64,000 bases of DNA, taken from positions 64,569-128,568 of the forward strand of contig CAYIDD010000001.1 in assembly GCA_964362175.1 (NCBI GenBank), written 5' to 3'. Source of the DNA: an uncultured Candidatus Saccharibacteria bacterium (lineage in GTDB: Bacteria; Patescibacteriota; Minisyncoccia; Phycocordibacterales; UBA2100). The notes under the pieces are model-generated. The model saw only the letters and a program-made list of their open reading frames with translations, was not told the origin of the DNA and made no database searches. The position numbers and the translations under genes were made by a program. Shown piece by piece: positions 41,512-50,346 of this stretch (positions are counted from its first letter, which is position 1; every line of letters starts with the position of its first letter).

Positions 41512-42660
41512 TCAACCGCTCTTGAGTTTGCGCAGCGCGACACCTACCGCAACTGCAAACCCCGGACCGATATCGCGCAGTACCTGCTCCAGAAACGCGG
41601 GGGCCTCAGTATGCGCAAACGGATTCGCAATTTCGACTTCCACAGAAAGCGAACTGCGCGCCTCATCTTTCAAGCCGGGAAGCGATGCGCCGCCGCCTGC
41701 TAGACAGACGCGCGATACGTTCTTATTGTATCGCTGCCCGTAACTCAATAGTACCCGATTCACTTCGGAAAACACACGCGTAAGTGTTGATAACAACGAC
41801 GACTTTATCTTATCGTTCTCGTCGGGGCTGTACGCATTCGAGTCTATGAGACCGCGCTCGCGCTTTATGCGTTCTGCTTTCTCAAATTCCCAATTCATTG
41901 AGCGCGCGAGGTTTTCTGTCATGTGCTGACCTCCCATTGAAATAAGGTGGGAGAGGCGCACGATCCCGCGTTCGACGATGTAGATCTTGCTTGTCGAGGC
42001 GCCGAGATCGACCACGAGGACGGGCGCGATCCCATGTCCGATCGATGACCGCACTGCACTAAAGATCTCGATCTCGTAAAAATTGATCTTGAGCGCAGCA
42101 TTTGTGGCGACAGCCTGATAGTTCCGAAGAACATCGTTATGAATGGCAACAAGGAGCACTTCCCGTCCTTTGGACTGCATCACGGTCTTTTCCTCGACAC
42201 GATCGAATGCGCTTTGCTCGCCCTCCTCTTTTGGAATAACGAACCAATCCAAAGTCACTTCACTGATAGGAATAGGAATATATTTGCGCGCTTCAATGGG
42301 TATCATTCGTTTCAATTGCTCGGTCTCGACATTGGGCAGATCCAGTACCGATACAAGACTTGAGGAGAACGGGACGGAAAGTCCGCCAGTGCGCGCGGTG
42401 ACATTTGCCTCCCGCATGACATCCACCAGCGCTTCCGCGATCTTCTCTGGGGGTATTTTTACCGCTTTTCCGATCGCCTGCTGTCCGTAGGGACCGAGCG
42501 CTATCTCGCCATAGGTCTCGAGAATGGCCGCACCGCGGGAGGTCCGCAGCTGCACGATCTTTGCGCTCGAAGAGCCGATATCGATACCCAAAACACTTCC
42601 TTCCGCGGTCTTTCCGAGCGAAGTTACATTCTTCAGAATGTCGCTGAGCGAGAACGCCAT
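41512..42660 (-). CDS. pilM: type IV pilus assembly protein PilM (actin-like ATPase)
   Basis: 382 aa; LGIDIGSSSAKIVQL phosphate-1 motif, actin/FtsA fold pattern. Confidence 0.85.
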   Translation of the reverse strand: MAFSLSDILKNVTSLGKTAEGSVLGIDIGSSSAKIVQLRTSRGAAILETYGEIALGPYGQQAIGKAVKIPPEKIAEALVDVMREANVTARTGGLSVPFSSSLVSVLDLPNVETEQLKRMIPIEARKYIPIPISEVTLDWFVIPKEEGEQSAFDRVEEKTVMQSKGREVLLVAIHNDVLRNYQAVATNAALKINFYEIEIFSAVRSSIGHGIAPVLVVDLGASTSKIYIVERGIVRLSHLISMGGQHMTENLARSMNWEFEKAERIKRERGLIDSNAYSPDENDKIKSSLLSTLTRVFSEVNRVLLSYGQRYNKNVSRVCLAGGGASLPGLKDEARSSLSVEVEIANPFAHTEAPAFLEQVLRDIGPGFAVAVGVALRKLKSG

Positions 42661-42672
42661 TTGAGGATTATA

Positions 42673-42999
42673 TCACGCGATTGCGTCGATCTTGGCCGCG
42701 AGAATGAAGTCATTTTCCGAAAGCCCGCCGATCGCGTGTGTCGTAAGCTCCACCGCCGTCTTCCCCCACCCGATAGCGAGGTCTGGATGGTGCCCCTCGG
42801 CTTCCGCGATGGGGGCGATCTTGTTTGCAAACACCATCGCCTCTGCAAAATCCTTGAATTTGAACTGTTTTGATATCTTTTTCTTGTCAGACGACAGCGA
42901 CCACCCTGTAACATGCGTGAGCATGGCGGTCGCCTCCATGGGGGTCATGGGCCGTACCCCGCCCTCGCATGCAACACAGCGTTTTTGGGCTAAATCCAT
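42673..42999 (-). CDS. pterin-4a-carbinolamine dehydratase (PCD/DCoH family)
   Basis: 108 aa; AEAEGHHPD signature. Confidence 0.85.
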   Translation of the reverse strand: MDLAQKRCVACEGGVRPMTPMEATAMLTHVTGWSLSSDKKKISKQFKFKDFAEAMVFANKIAPIAEAEGHHPDLAIGWGKTAVELTTHAIGGLSENDFILAAKIDAIA

Positions 43000-43046
43000 A
43001 CCGCTACTGTACCACGCTCCCCAAATCCTCGACTATTTCAGGTGGT

Positions 43047-43730
43047 ATGCGTACAATCGGCCCGATGTACAAGGCAGTCGCAATGATCCGGTACGCCTGT
43101 GAATCCGTGCTCGACGCGATCTTGCCTCTGCGTGAACGTACGGCACGCACGAAAAGCCGGGAGCCGGGGGACATTCCGCTTACGCTGGAAGTGCACGACC
43201 TCCTTCAGGCCAATATTACGACGCTCATGGATTATCGGAATTCGGCCGTGCAAGACCTGATCAGGAGCCTCAAATACGACGGCTCCGGATACGCGGCGCA
43301 ACTCGGAGCGACGCTTCTTGCGGATTACCTGCGTGAAGAGATCGCATCGCATCGCAGGTTCAGCAAACACAAGATCCTTATCGTACCAGTCCCGCTTCAC
43401 GGCACACGCGCGCGTGAGCGCGGATTCAATCAGGTCGCGCTGGTGCTCGAATCGCTCCCGCAGGAATTCCGCGATGGTACGCTGGCGAAATTCGCGCCGG
43501 AGGCGCTCACGCGCGCGCGTGACACCAGACCACAAACACACCTTCCCCGTTCCGAAAGACTCTCGAACGTCGCGGGCGCGTTCGTGGCACCCAACGCCGC
43601 GCTCGTCGGCAAAACGCATGTGTTTCTCATCGACGACGTCACGACGACCGGCGCGACTCTCGTGAACGCCGCAACGCCGCTCCGGCGCGCCGGAGCGGAA
43701 GTTACCCTCCTCGCCCTAGCGCGAGCATAG
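43047..43730 (+). CDS. ComF-family (ComFC-like) phosphoribosyltransferase-domain competence protein
   Basis: ORF 42969..43730, start at MRTIGPMYK; C-terminal PRTase motif VFLIDDVTTTGATL. Confidence 0.8.
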   Translation: MRTIGPMYKAVAMIRYACESVLDAILPLRERTARTKSREPGDIPLTLEVHDLLQANITTLMDYRNSAVQDLIRSLKYDGSGYAAQLGATLLADYLREEIASHRRFSKHKILIVPVPLHGTRARERGFNQVALVLESLPQEFRDGTLAKFAPEALTRARDTRPQTHLPRSERLSNVAGAFVAPNAALVGKTHVFLIDDVTTTGATLVNAATPLRRAGAEVTLLALARA

Positions 43731-43768
43731 CTAGATGCGGGCTGTGCTTGAGATAGCTCGAACTTTCG

Positions 43769-43787
43769 CCCTGAGCCTGTCGAAGGT
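43769..43787. repeat. 19-bp direct repeat copy A (cctgagcCtgtcgaaggtt)
   Basis: 18/19 identical to 44734..44752; the pair brackets the lower-GC membrane protein gene. Confidence 0.6.
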
Positions 43788-43841
43788 TGGCGGAATACAT
43801 TTGAGCGGCGCGAAGCGTATACAACTTGTTCTTTGAAATAT

Positions 43842-44693
43842 TTAGTTTGTGAGTATGAAGGCGGCATCGCTCCAGTCAACATCAAGCTCGACTGAACAAG
43901 TCGGAAACTGTGCCGGACATTCGTCAGCATTGCCGGTTTTGCTAACAGTCGCTTTCATGATGTATCGCGTACCCGGATTCACATAGCCGCCGCTGTACAA
44001 CTTGCCCACAACCCACGAAGCACTTCCGTTACCCGTTTTAATTGGAACCACAGAAATACCTGAACGAAGACCACTTTCTGTGCAATTAAGGCATGTGTTT
44101 TTTTCGCTGATTGCTGGTTTATCACCCGTAATTTCGAAAAGTTCCACGTCTAACTGCGCTCCTTCGGCCTTGTCTTGAATATTCATCGCCTTCCATTTCA
44201 CAGGCACTGTGCTGCCGATTGTCAGAACTTCTCCGCCGTTCGGCGAAGTAAGTCTAATACCTCCATATGTAATGTCTGAAATATCTCCCTCTTTATATTG
44301 GGGAGGTGGACGATGTGCGTTCCAAAACGCGAACGCTTGCCAAATCGCCAGTGCAACGACAACGGGTGCTACGAGTATAGTTGCCACCTCGAACCACTTG
44401 AGACGAAGCCTGTGTTGTAAAAATTTAACAACGAGGGTAAACGCCACTATTCCTACAGCGACGAAAACCAGTATCGCTATCACGGGAGCAATGGTTCCAA
44501 GAGCGATGAATGGAAGCAGAAAGAACAAAGCCCCCAATTGACTTACAACATAGCTGACAATGTACAGTCCTAAAATAGTCCACGCGAGATGTGGAATCAC
44601 CTCCTTCTTTCTTCTGAGATACCACCTGAAAAGATAATAGTGGGAGGTAAAAAGAAACACGATGAGGAGGCCATTAACCAACAATGATTCCAT
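43842..44693 (-). CDS. hypothetical polytopic membrane protein with C-terminal extracellular domain; lower GC than surroundings
   Basis: ORF 43842..44765, start at MESLLVNG; ~5 TM then Cys-containing soluble domain; composition visibly AT-richer. Confidence 0.55.
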   Translation of the reverse strand: MESLLVNGLLIVFLFTSHYYLFRWYLRRKKEVIPHLAWTILGLYIVSYVVSQLGALFFLLPFIALGTIAPVIAILVFVAVGIVAFTLVVKFLQHRLRLKWFEVATILVAPVVVALAIWQAFAFWNAHRPPPQYKEGDISDITYGGIRLTSPNGGEVLTIGSTVPVKWKAMNIQDKAEGAQLDVELFEITGDKPAISEKNTCLNCTESGLRSGISVVPIKTGNGSASWVVGKLYSGGYVNPGTRYIMKATVSKTGNADECPAQFPTCSVELDVDWSDAAFILTN

Positions 44694-44733
44694 GAATAAA
44701 CATTGATTGTATGAATAAAAATTTTCTTCTTGA

Positions 44734-44752
44734 CCTGAGCTTGTCGAAGGTT
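44734..44752. repeat. 19-bp direct repeat copy B (cctgagcTtgtcgaaggtt)
   Basis: see 43769..43787. Confidence 0.6.
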
Positions 44753-44786
44753 TTCCCCACTCCATGGTATCACGCTTTCAATCTGT

Positions 44787-44800
44787 GGAGAGGGAGGGAT
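44787..44800. repeat. 14-nt exact repeat of tRNA-Ser 3' end (ggagagggagggat), candidate attR of decayed integrative element
   Basis: identical to 45152..45165 inside tRNA-Ser T-arm/acceptor; lies 24 nt upstream of integrase fragment. Confidence 0.6.
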
Positions 44801-44823
44801 GTGCGGCCAAGAGCTCGTTTTGA

Positions 44824-45144
44824 CGCCGTCGCGCCAAAACTCCTCTCGGCCCTGCTCGCGCCATCCCGCCTGCTGGCGGGTCCCGCGGCGCTCGCTTTCG
44901 AATCCCTCCCCATACGCTCCGACATACATTCGCATCACAGTTGGCAATGAAAGGTGCGCCGATACCCGTCATTCAGGCATTATTGGGTCACAGCAGTGTT
45001 TCCACGACCATGAGGTACTCTCATGTCGCACCATCCTCGCTTCGCTCTGCGATAGAGATGTTGAGTCCGAAAACATCCGTAAATAGCGTTTTACGGCAAC
45101 CTGACGTCAACACATTCCTCGCGAAATCAAAATCGTCTACGTAA
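44824..45144 (+). pseudogene. tyrosine recombinase (phage integrase family) 3' fragment
   Basis: in-frame from stop at 44821; C-terminal 62 aa read ARFRIPPHTLRHTFASQLAMKGAPIPVIQALLGHSSVSTTMRYSHV..., i.e. HxxR box and catalytic Tyr motif; N-terminal ~250 aa absent; stop 3 nt from tRNA-Ser 3' end. Confidence 0.7.
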
Positions 45145-45147
45145 TCT

Positions 45148-45238
<91 letters not shown>

Positions 45239-45308
45239 GTGCGCTCCACCATATCATGCGGGGCAAAATATGGCGAAACAGGTATAATCTATCCGATCTG
45301 ATCCCCGT

Positions 45309-46127
45309 ATGAACATTACGTGCGCGACCTACAATATCCTACACGGCTATCACAGCGACATGATACTCAAAAACCTCCGCTTTTTGATCGACGGAGGCGC
45401 GGATATCGTCTGCCTTCAGGAAGCGGAGCCTCAATTCGCGGGAGCGATCGACACGCTACTCATCGAAAAAAATCTCTCGCATTGGCGCGTACATCACGCG
45501 CATGTGGGCTTTGGCGGCAACCTTGCGATCCTTTGGAATACGGATCGTCTTGACCTCGTGGACACAAAGATCGTCAGGTTCCACAAACTACGGGTCCCCT
45601 CCCGCTTGCAACGCATTCGTGGATTCACCGACAGCATAGAGCGCGCCGCCCTTATCGGCACGTTCATGTGCGGAGAAAAGACGATACAAGTGGCAAACGC
45701 GCACATCGCGTGGGAAGGGGGAATGAAGCACCGCATGCGACAGATCCAACATCTGCGGGAGACCATCGAGGAGGATGCGGCCGATGCGCGCATCGTGGCG
45801 GGAGACTTCAACACGGTCGGTCTCCATGCCCTGCGCCACGCGCGCGAAAGAAAAGTCGAACAAACGCTCGGAAAAAAATATGTGAACGCCCTCCCAAAAC
45901 TGCGGTGGAGCTTTGACATCGCGTATTCGGATCCGCGAGACAAATTGCGCATCCTCGCATCGCTCTATTATCTCGGGGTAAAATTCCGCAATCGATTGGA
46001 CTACATATTTGCGGCACATCTGGACGTCATCTCCGCCACCATGCACGATCTACCCGGCTCGGATCATCGACCGCTCGTAGCAACGTTTTCCACTGACTTG
46101 TCGAAGCGGCCGAACGCGTTATCATAG
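45309..46127 (+). CDS. endonuclease/exonuclease/phosphatase (EEP) family protein (second paralog)
   Basis: 272 aa; EEP motifs (YNILHG, CLQE, GDFNTV, SDHRPL). Confidence 0.8.
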   Translation: MNITCATYNILHGYHSDMILKNLRFLIDGGADIVCLQEAEPQFAGAIDTLLIEKNLSHWRVHHAHVGFGGNLAILWNTDRLDLVDTKIVRFHKLRVPSRLQRIRGFTDSIERAALIGTFMCGEKTIQVANAHIAWEGGMKHRMRQIQHLRETIEEDAADARIVAGDFNTVGLHALRHARERKVEQTLGKKYVNALPKLRWSFDIAYSDPRDKLRILASLYYLGVKFRNRLDYIFAAHLDVISATMHDLPGSDHRPLVATFSTDLSKRPNALS

Positions 46128-46131
46128 ACGC

Positions 46132-46392
46132 ATGCAAGAACTTGGCATGGGATACGGGGTGGGAGTGCCGCTTTTCACGCCGATGCTCGGCGTGACGTTC
46201 ATCGCGCTCGTCCTCTGGAGTTTCGTGTGGAAGGGGCTCGCGCTATGGCGCGCGGCGAAACGGGGGGAGAAGATCTGGTTCGTCGTCTTTCTCATCGTCA
46301 ATACCGCAGGAATTCTTGAGATCATCTATCTCTTCCTCGTCACGAAAGCAAAACTCTCGGATTTCTCGATGTCCTCAGAAAAACACGGCTAG
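46132..46392 (+). CDS. small membrane protein (hypothetical)
   Basis: 86 aa, two TM helices. Confidence 0.5.
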   Translation: MQELGMGYGVGVPLFTPMLGVTFIALVLWSFVWKGLALWRAAKRGEKIWFVVFLIVNTAGILEIIYLFLVTKAKLSDFSMSSEKHG

Positions 46393-46724
46393 AGGATTTT
46401 GTGGATAAACCACGTAAGTATTGAAAGTACGAGTGCGCCCAGGAGTGCGGCCCCAAAACCGGCGACGGTGAATCCGGGCACAATGAGCGTCACCGCCCAG
46501 AAAAGGAGCGCGTTCAGAATGAATGAGAATAGGCCGAGGGTAACGATGGTTATCGGAAGCATGAGTATGGAAAGCACGGGTCTTATGACCATCGTTATCA
46601 CAGACCACACGAGTGCCACCAAAAGTATGGTGATCCATCCGCCGGCAACCATAATGCCGGGCACGATCGAAACGGTGAGATACACCGCCGCGACAGTACC
46701 CAGATAGCGAAGTATTGTGTGCAT
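46389..46724 (-). CDS. phage-holin-4_2/DUF360-family small membrane protein
   Basis: 111 aa; four TM; RPVLSILMLPITIVTLGLFSFILNALLFWAV pattern typical of the family. Confidence 0.65.
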   Translation of the reverse strand: MHTILRYLGTVAAVYLTVSIVPGIMVAGGWITILLVALVWSVITMVIRPVLSILMLPITIVTLGLFSFILNALLFWAVTLIVPGFTVAGFGAALLGALVLSILTWFIHKIL

Positions 46725-46766
46725 TTCACAATTCTATCAGAAAGTGACTGTGGTACGCAAAAGTAT

Positions 46767-46899
46767 GTGCGATTACGTCGCACGAACGTACTCGTTCGTG
46801 CGTGACACTCCTCGTATCTGCCTCCGGCAGACGCTCGGCCCCTACGAGCCCCTCTCGGGGGTGTCACCACGGAATAACGTGAGACGCTAGCGTCCCACG
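46767..46899 (-). promoter_or_regulatory. cluster of four perfect/near-perfect palindromes between small acidic ORF and holin-like gene
   Basis: TGCGA-ttacg-TCGCA (46767..46781); CGCACGAACG-tact-CGTTCGTGCG (46778..46801); TCTGCC-tcc-GGCAGA (46816..46830); CCCC-tctc-GGGG (46848..46859); ACGTG-a-GACGCTAGCGTC-c-CACGT with 12-bp perfect core (46876..46899). Confidence 0.45.
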
Positions 46900-47046
46900 T
46901 TATTCCCACGCCCTCTCATCATCCACGAGCGCGTCGCTCACGAGAGCCTCATCTTCATCCGCGTCCTCGTCAAGCACTTCCCCGAGCACCTCTTCGGAGA
47001 TCGCACCGTCTTTCTTCACATCCTCTTCTTCATCGTGATAGACCAT
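46900..47046 (-). CDS. small highly acidic ORF (48 aa)
   Basis: MVYHDEEEDVKKDGAISEEVLGEVLDEDADEDEALVSDALVDDERAWE; not in track (<60 aa); upstream of palindrome cluster. Confidence 0.3.
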   Translation of the reverse strand: MVYHDEEEDVKKDGAISEEVLGEVLDEDADEDEALVSDALVDDERAWE

Positions 47047-47143
47047 AGTTGTTATTTTTACCTATACCCCTCGTTAACACGACCATCTTACCTAGACCCA
47101 CCCCGCGTGCAATATCAAAAAAAGAAGACTGTGAATAACTCAA

Positions 47144-49309
47144 ATGTATACTGTCGTGATGGCCCCCGAGGACTTACTCTCGAAACACTTCCGGCTCACG
47201 CCGCCTCAACTGAGGGGCCTCAGGAAACTCGGGCTCGCAACTATCCGCGACATCCTCTACCACTTCCCCGTCCGCTACGATGCGGGCGGGGGCGAATCCC
47301 CCATCACGGGAGCTCTGCCGGGGACATCGGTAACCATCTTCGGAACGATCGGAAAACTCGGCACACGAAGATCGTGGAAACGCAAGATCCCCGTGGGGGA
47401 AGCCACTATCACCGATGCGACGGGCTCCCTCAAGGTGATGTGGTTCCACCAGCCGTACCTGGCAAAAAAATTCTCCGAAGGCATGTTCGTGAAGGCGGTC
47501 GGCACCGTCTCTGGCGCGGGGGGGAGATCGTACCTCGCGAATCCACATGTGGAGGTCGCCGACCCGTCGGAAACGGGCATGTTCGTGCCCAAAGACGCTC
47601 CGCGTGACGCGGTGCTCTTTGCCGTCTACCCCGAAAGCCGCGGCATCACATCGCTGTGGTTCAGACACGCGTTCGAGAGACTCTATGCGGAAGGCGCGCT
47701 CGATGTCGTTACAGATCCCATTCCTCCTGCGATCATCGGGCGATACAACCTGCCTGACCTCAAAAGCGCGTTGTTATATATCCACAGGCCCGACAACCTG
47801 AAGCACGCCGAGGCCGCGCGTAAACGATTCGCGTTCGAAGAGATCCTCTCCATCCAGATCACGCGCGCAAAAGAGCGTGCAGAAAATGATTCGCAGGCGT
47901 CCTTTCCCATTCAGGAGGGAGGTGCGCTTGCGGAAAAATTCCTCGCCACCATCCCCTTTCCCCCCACAGGAGCACAGAAACATGCCGTTCGGGACATCCT
48001 CTCTGATTTTGAAAAGCCGCATCCTATGGCACGACTCTTGGAGGGCGATGTGGGGAGCGGCAAGACGCTGGTCGCTGCGGCCACAGCCTATGCGGTCGTG
48101 AATAGCCGCCCGCCAAAGAGAACGAGCGGCACATTACAGGTCGCATACATGGCACCGACAGAGATACTGGCAAATCAGCATTTCCAGTCGTTCATCGAAT
48201 ATTTCAGAGAACTCCCCATCAATATCGCGCTCATGACGGGAAGCGGATGCAAAAAATTTCCTTCAAAAGTCGTGAGAGGGGGTGCGACGGACATCTCGCG
48301 GGCGCAACTTCTTAAGTGGATCGCAAATGGAGAGATAGCGATGCTCGTGGGCACGCATGCGCTCATCCAAAAATCCGTAAAGTTCCAACATCTCGCGTAC
48401 GCGATCGTGGACGAGCAACATCGATTCGGGACCCTCCAAAGGAGGGCGCTCGCGCACAAGGAGGACGCGGCGCCGCATTTTCTTTCGATGACCGCCACCC
48501 CCATCCCCCGCACGCTCTCTCTCACGCTCTATGGCGACCTTGACCTTTCACTTTTGGATGAATTACCGCCGGGACGCGCGAAGATCGCGACGAGGATAGT
48601 GAAACCGAACGAACGCTCCAACGCATATGAGGCGGTGCGCCAAGAATTGGAGAAGGGCCGCCAGGCGTACATCATATGCCCGCGTATCGAAGAGCCGGAC
48701 CCGAGCAAGATCAATGCGCTTCAGGCAAAATCCGCCAAGGCGGAGGCAAAACGTTTGAAAGCGGACATATTCCCGAAGTACGAGGTCGGATTGCTGCACG
48801 GCGCCATGAAAGCAAAGGAAAAAGACGATGTCATGAAGCGGTTTTCCAACGGAGAGATCCAGCTGCTCGTTGCAACATCTGTGGTCGAGGTGGGCGTTAA
48901 TGTCCCCAACGCGACAGCCATCATGATCGAAGGAGCCGAACGATTCGGACTCGCACAATTGCACCAGTTGCGCGGCCGCGTGATGCGCTCATCGCACCCG
49001 CCGATCTGTTTTCTGCTCACCGATTCAAAAAGCGATATCTCACTGAAGCGGCTGCGAACGCTCGAGGGGTCCGACGATGGATTCAAACTTGCCGAAGCGG
49101 ACCTCGAGAATCGCGGCGCGGGCGACCTCTTTGGCCGCCAGCAATGGGGTGTTACGGACCTCGGCATGGAAGCGCTGAAAAACGTAAAACTCATCCGTGC
49201 TGCGCGGGAGGAGGCCCAACGACTTATCGCAGAGGATCCGCGGCTCTCGTCTTATCCCGAGCTTGCCAGACGCGTCGCGCGTGCAGGCAGGGAATTACAC
49301 GGAGAATGA
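47144..49309 (+). CDS. recG: ATP-dependent DNA helicase RecG
   Basis: 721 aa; wedge domain, helicase motifs GDVGSGKT, DEQHRFG, TATPIPRTL. Confidence 0.95.
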   Translation: MYTVVMAPEDLLSKHFRLTPPQLRGLRKLGLATIRDILYHFPVRYDAGGGESPITGALPGTSVTIFGTIGKLGTRRSWKRKIPVGEATITDATGSLKVMWFHQPYLAKKFSEGMFVKAVGTVSGAGGRSYLANPHVEVADPSETGMFVPKDAPRDAVLFAVYPESRGITSLWFRHAFERLYAEGALDVVTDPIPPAIIGRYNLPDLKSALLYIHRPDNLKHAEAARKRFAFEEILSIQITRAKERAENDSQASFPIQEGGALAEKFLATIPFPPTGAQKHAVRDILSDFEKPHPMARLLEGDVGSGKTLVAAATAYAVVNSRPPKRTSGTLQVAYMAPTEILANQHFQSFIEYFRELPINIALMTGSGCKKFPSKVVRGGATDISRAQLLKWIANGEIAMLVGTHALIQKSVKFQHLAYAIVDEQHRFGTLQRRALAHKEDAAPHFLSMTATPIPRTLSLTLYGDLDLSLLDELPPGRAKIATRIVKPNERSNAYEAVRQELEKGRQAYIICPRIEEPDPSKINALQAKSAKAEAKRLKADIFPKYEVGLLHGAMKAKEKDDVMKRFSNGEIQLLVATSVVEVGVNVPNATAIMIEGAERFGLAQLHQLRGRVMRSSHPPICFLLTDSKSDISLKRLRTLEGSDDGFKLAEADLENRGAGDLFGRQQWGVTDLGMEALKNVKLIRAAREEAQRLIAEDPRLSSYPELARRVARAGRELHGE

Positions 49310-49331
49310 CCGCGGTGTGCAGATCGGAGCG

Positions 49332-50342
49332 TTAATAGAACGGGGTCCACACGGCATTTTTACAGATGAGATACGTGCCACCTTGAAAACAATTTTGCAT
49401 GTAGGGGCACGCGATGAATTCCTGTCTTCCCTCCGGCCCGCAGAGGGTGCCTACCTGCACATTCGCCGAGCTGCCGTACGTGCCACCGGTACTCGTGCTG
49501 CTCGGACACGTCGTCTGGGACCAGTACCCCAAGCCTCCGACTCCGTTTGCGCACCAGTACGTGAATTGGCTTCCCACACCCGCAGTACTCGTCGCGGTGG
49601 TAGACGTGTTCGTGCTCGTGGTCGTCGCAGTAGACGAGACCGTGCTTTGTACATACCACTGCCCGTTGGCACATACATACCGGATCGTTTGATCGATATG
49701 GGTTTGGCCGTGTGGTACGGTGACACCTCCCGACGTAACACAGCTCGCTCTGTTCACGGTCGTTGTAGCGGTTGACGTACCGAAAGAAAGAGTCGTCGAG
49801 TAGGTCGTGAAATTTCTCGATGATACGGCAACGCAGTACCACGACACGACACACCCGTCTGTGCCGCGCTTTCCCTGCCACGATGTTGCGCAGAGCGTTC
49901 TCGGCGCTTGGGACGTGCACTTTCCCGTAGGATTTTCCAACGTCGTTTGAGGGGAAGCTGTACTGGATGGCGTAAAATACGGCAGTGCCATGCCTCCCCC
50001 GCTTGCCGAAGAAGTGTTTTTACACACCGCTGTTATGGCAGCACGCGTCTTCGGCCCCACAATGCCGAATCCAGCATCATTCTGTGAGGTGACGATCCCC
50101 TTACTCCACTGCCAACTCTTTACCCCCTGCTCGGTAAGAGTACCGAAGTATCCGGACGCGTTGCCCGAAAGGAGCTCACCCTCGTTTACCAAAAACCTCT
50201 GCAGGGCGCGCACGTCCTCCCCCTCTGAACCAACAGTGAGCATGCGGGTGAGGACGGGACACGAGGTTGACTGCGCAGAAGACACGGCGGGCACTACGAG
50301 AAGGACAAGACCAGCCATGCCGAGTAGAACGCGCTTGAACAT
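49332..50342 (-). CDS. secreted peptidoglycan-binding domain protein (paralog 2)
   Basis: signal peptide; PGBD1-like GEDVRALQRFLVNEGELLSGNASGYFGTLTEQGVKSWQ...GPKTRAAI; Cys/Thr-rich C-terminal region. Confidence 0.75.
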   Translation of the reverse strand: MFKRVLLGMAGLVLLVVPAVSSAQSTSCPVLTRMLTVGSEGEDVRALQRFLVNEGELLSGNASGYFGTLTEQGVKSWQWSKGIVTSQNDAGFGIVGPKTRAAITAVCKNTSSASGGGMALPYFTPSSTASPQTTLENPTGKCTSQAPRTLCATSWQGKRGTDGCVVSWYCVAVSSRNFTTYSTTLSFGTSTATTTVNRASCVTSGGVTVPHGQTHIDQTIRYVCANGQWYVQSTVSSTATTTSTNTSTTATSTAGVGSQFTYWCANGVGGLGYWSQTTCPSSTSTGGTYGSSANVQVGTLCGPEGRQEFIACPYMQNCFQGGTYLICKNAVWTPFY

Positions 50343-50346
50343 ATTC

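Noticed and set aside
44711-45086. ORFs 44711..44950 and 44799..45086 on + strand
   Set aside because: They span the 19-bp repeat and the att-like repeat and are out of frame with the recognisable integrase motif. The in-frame integrase fragment explains the region better.
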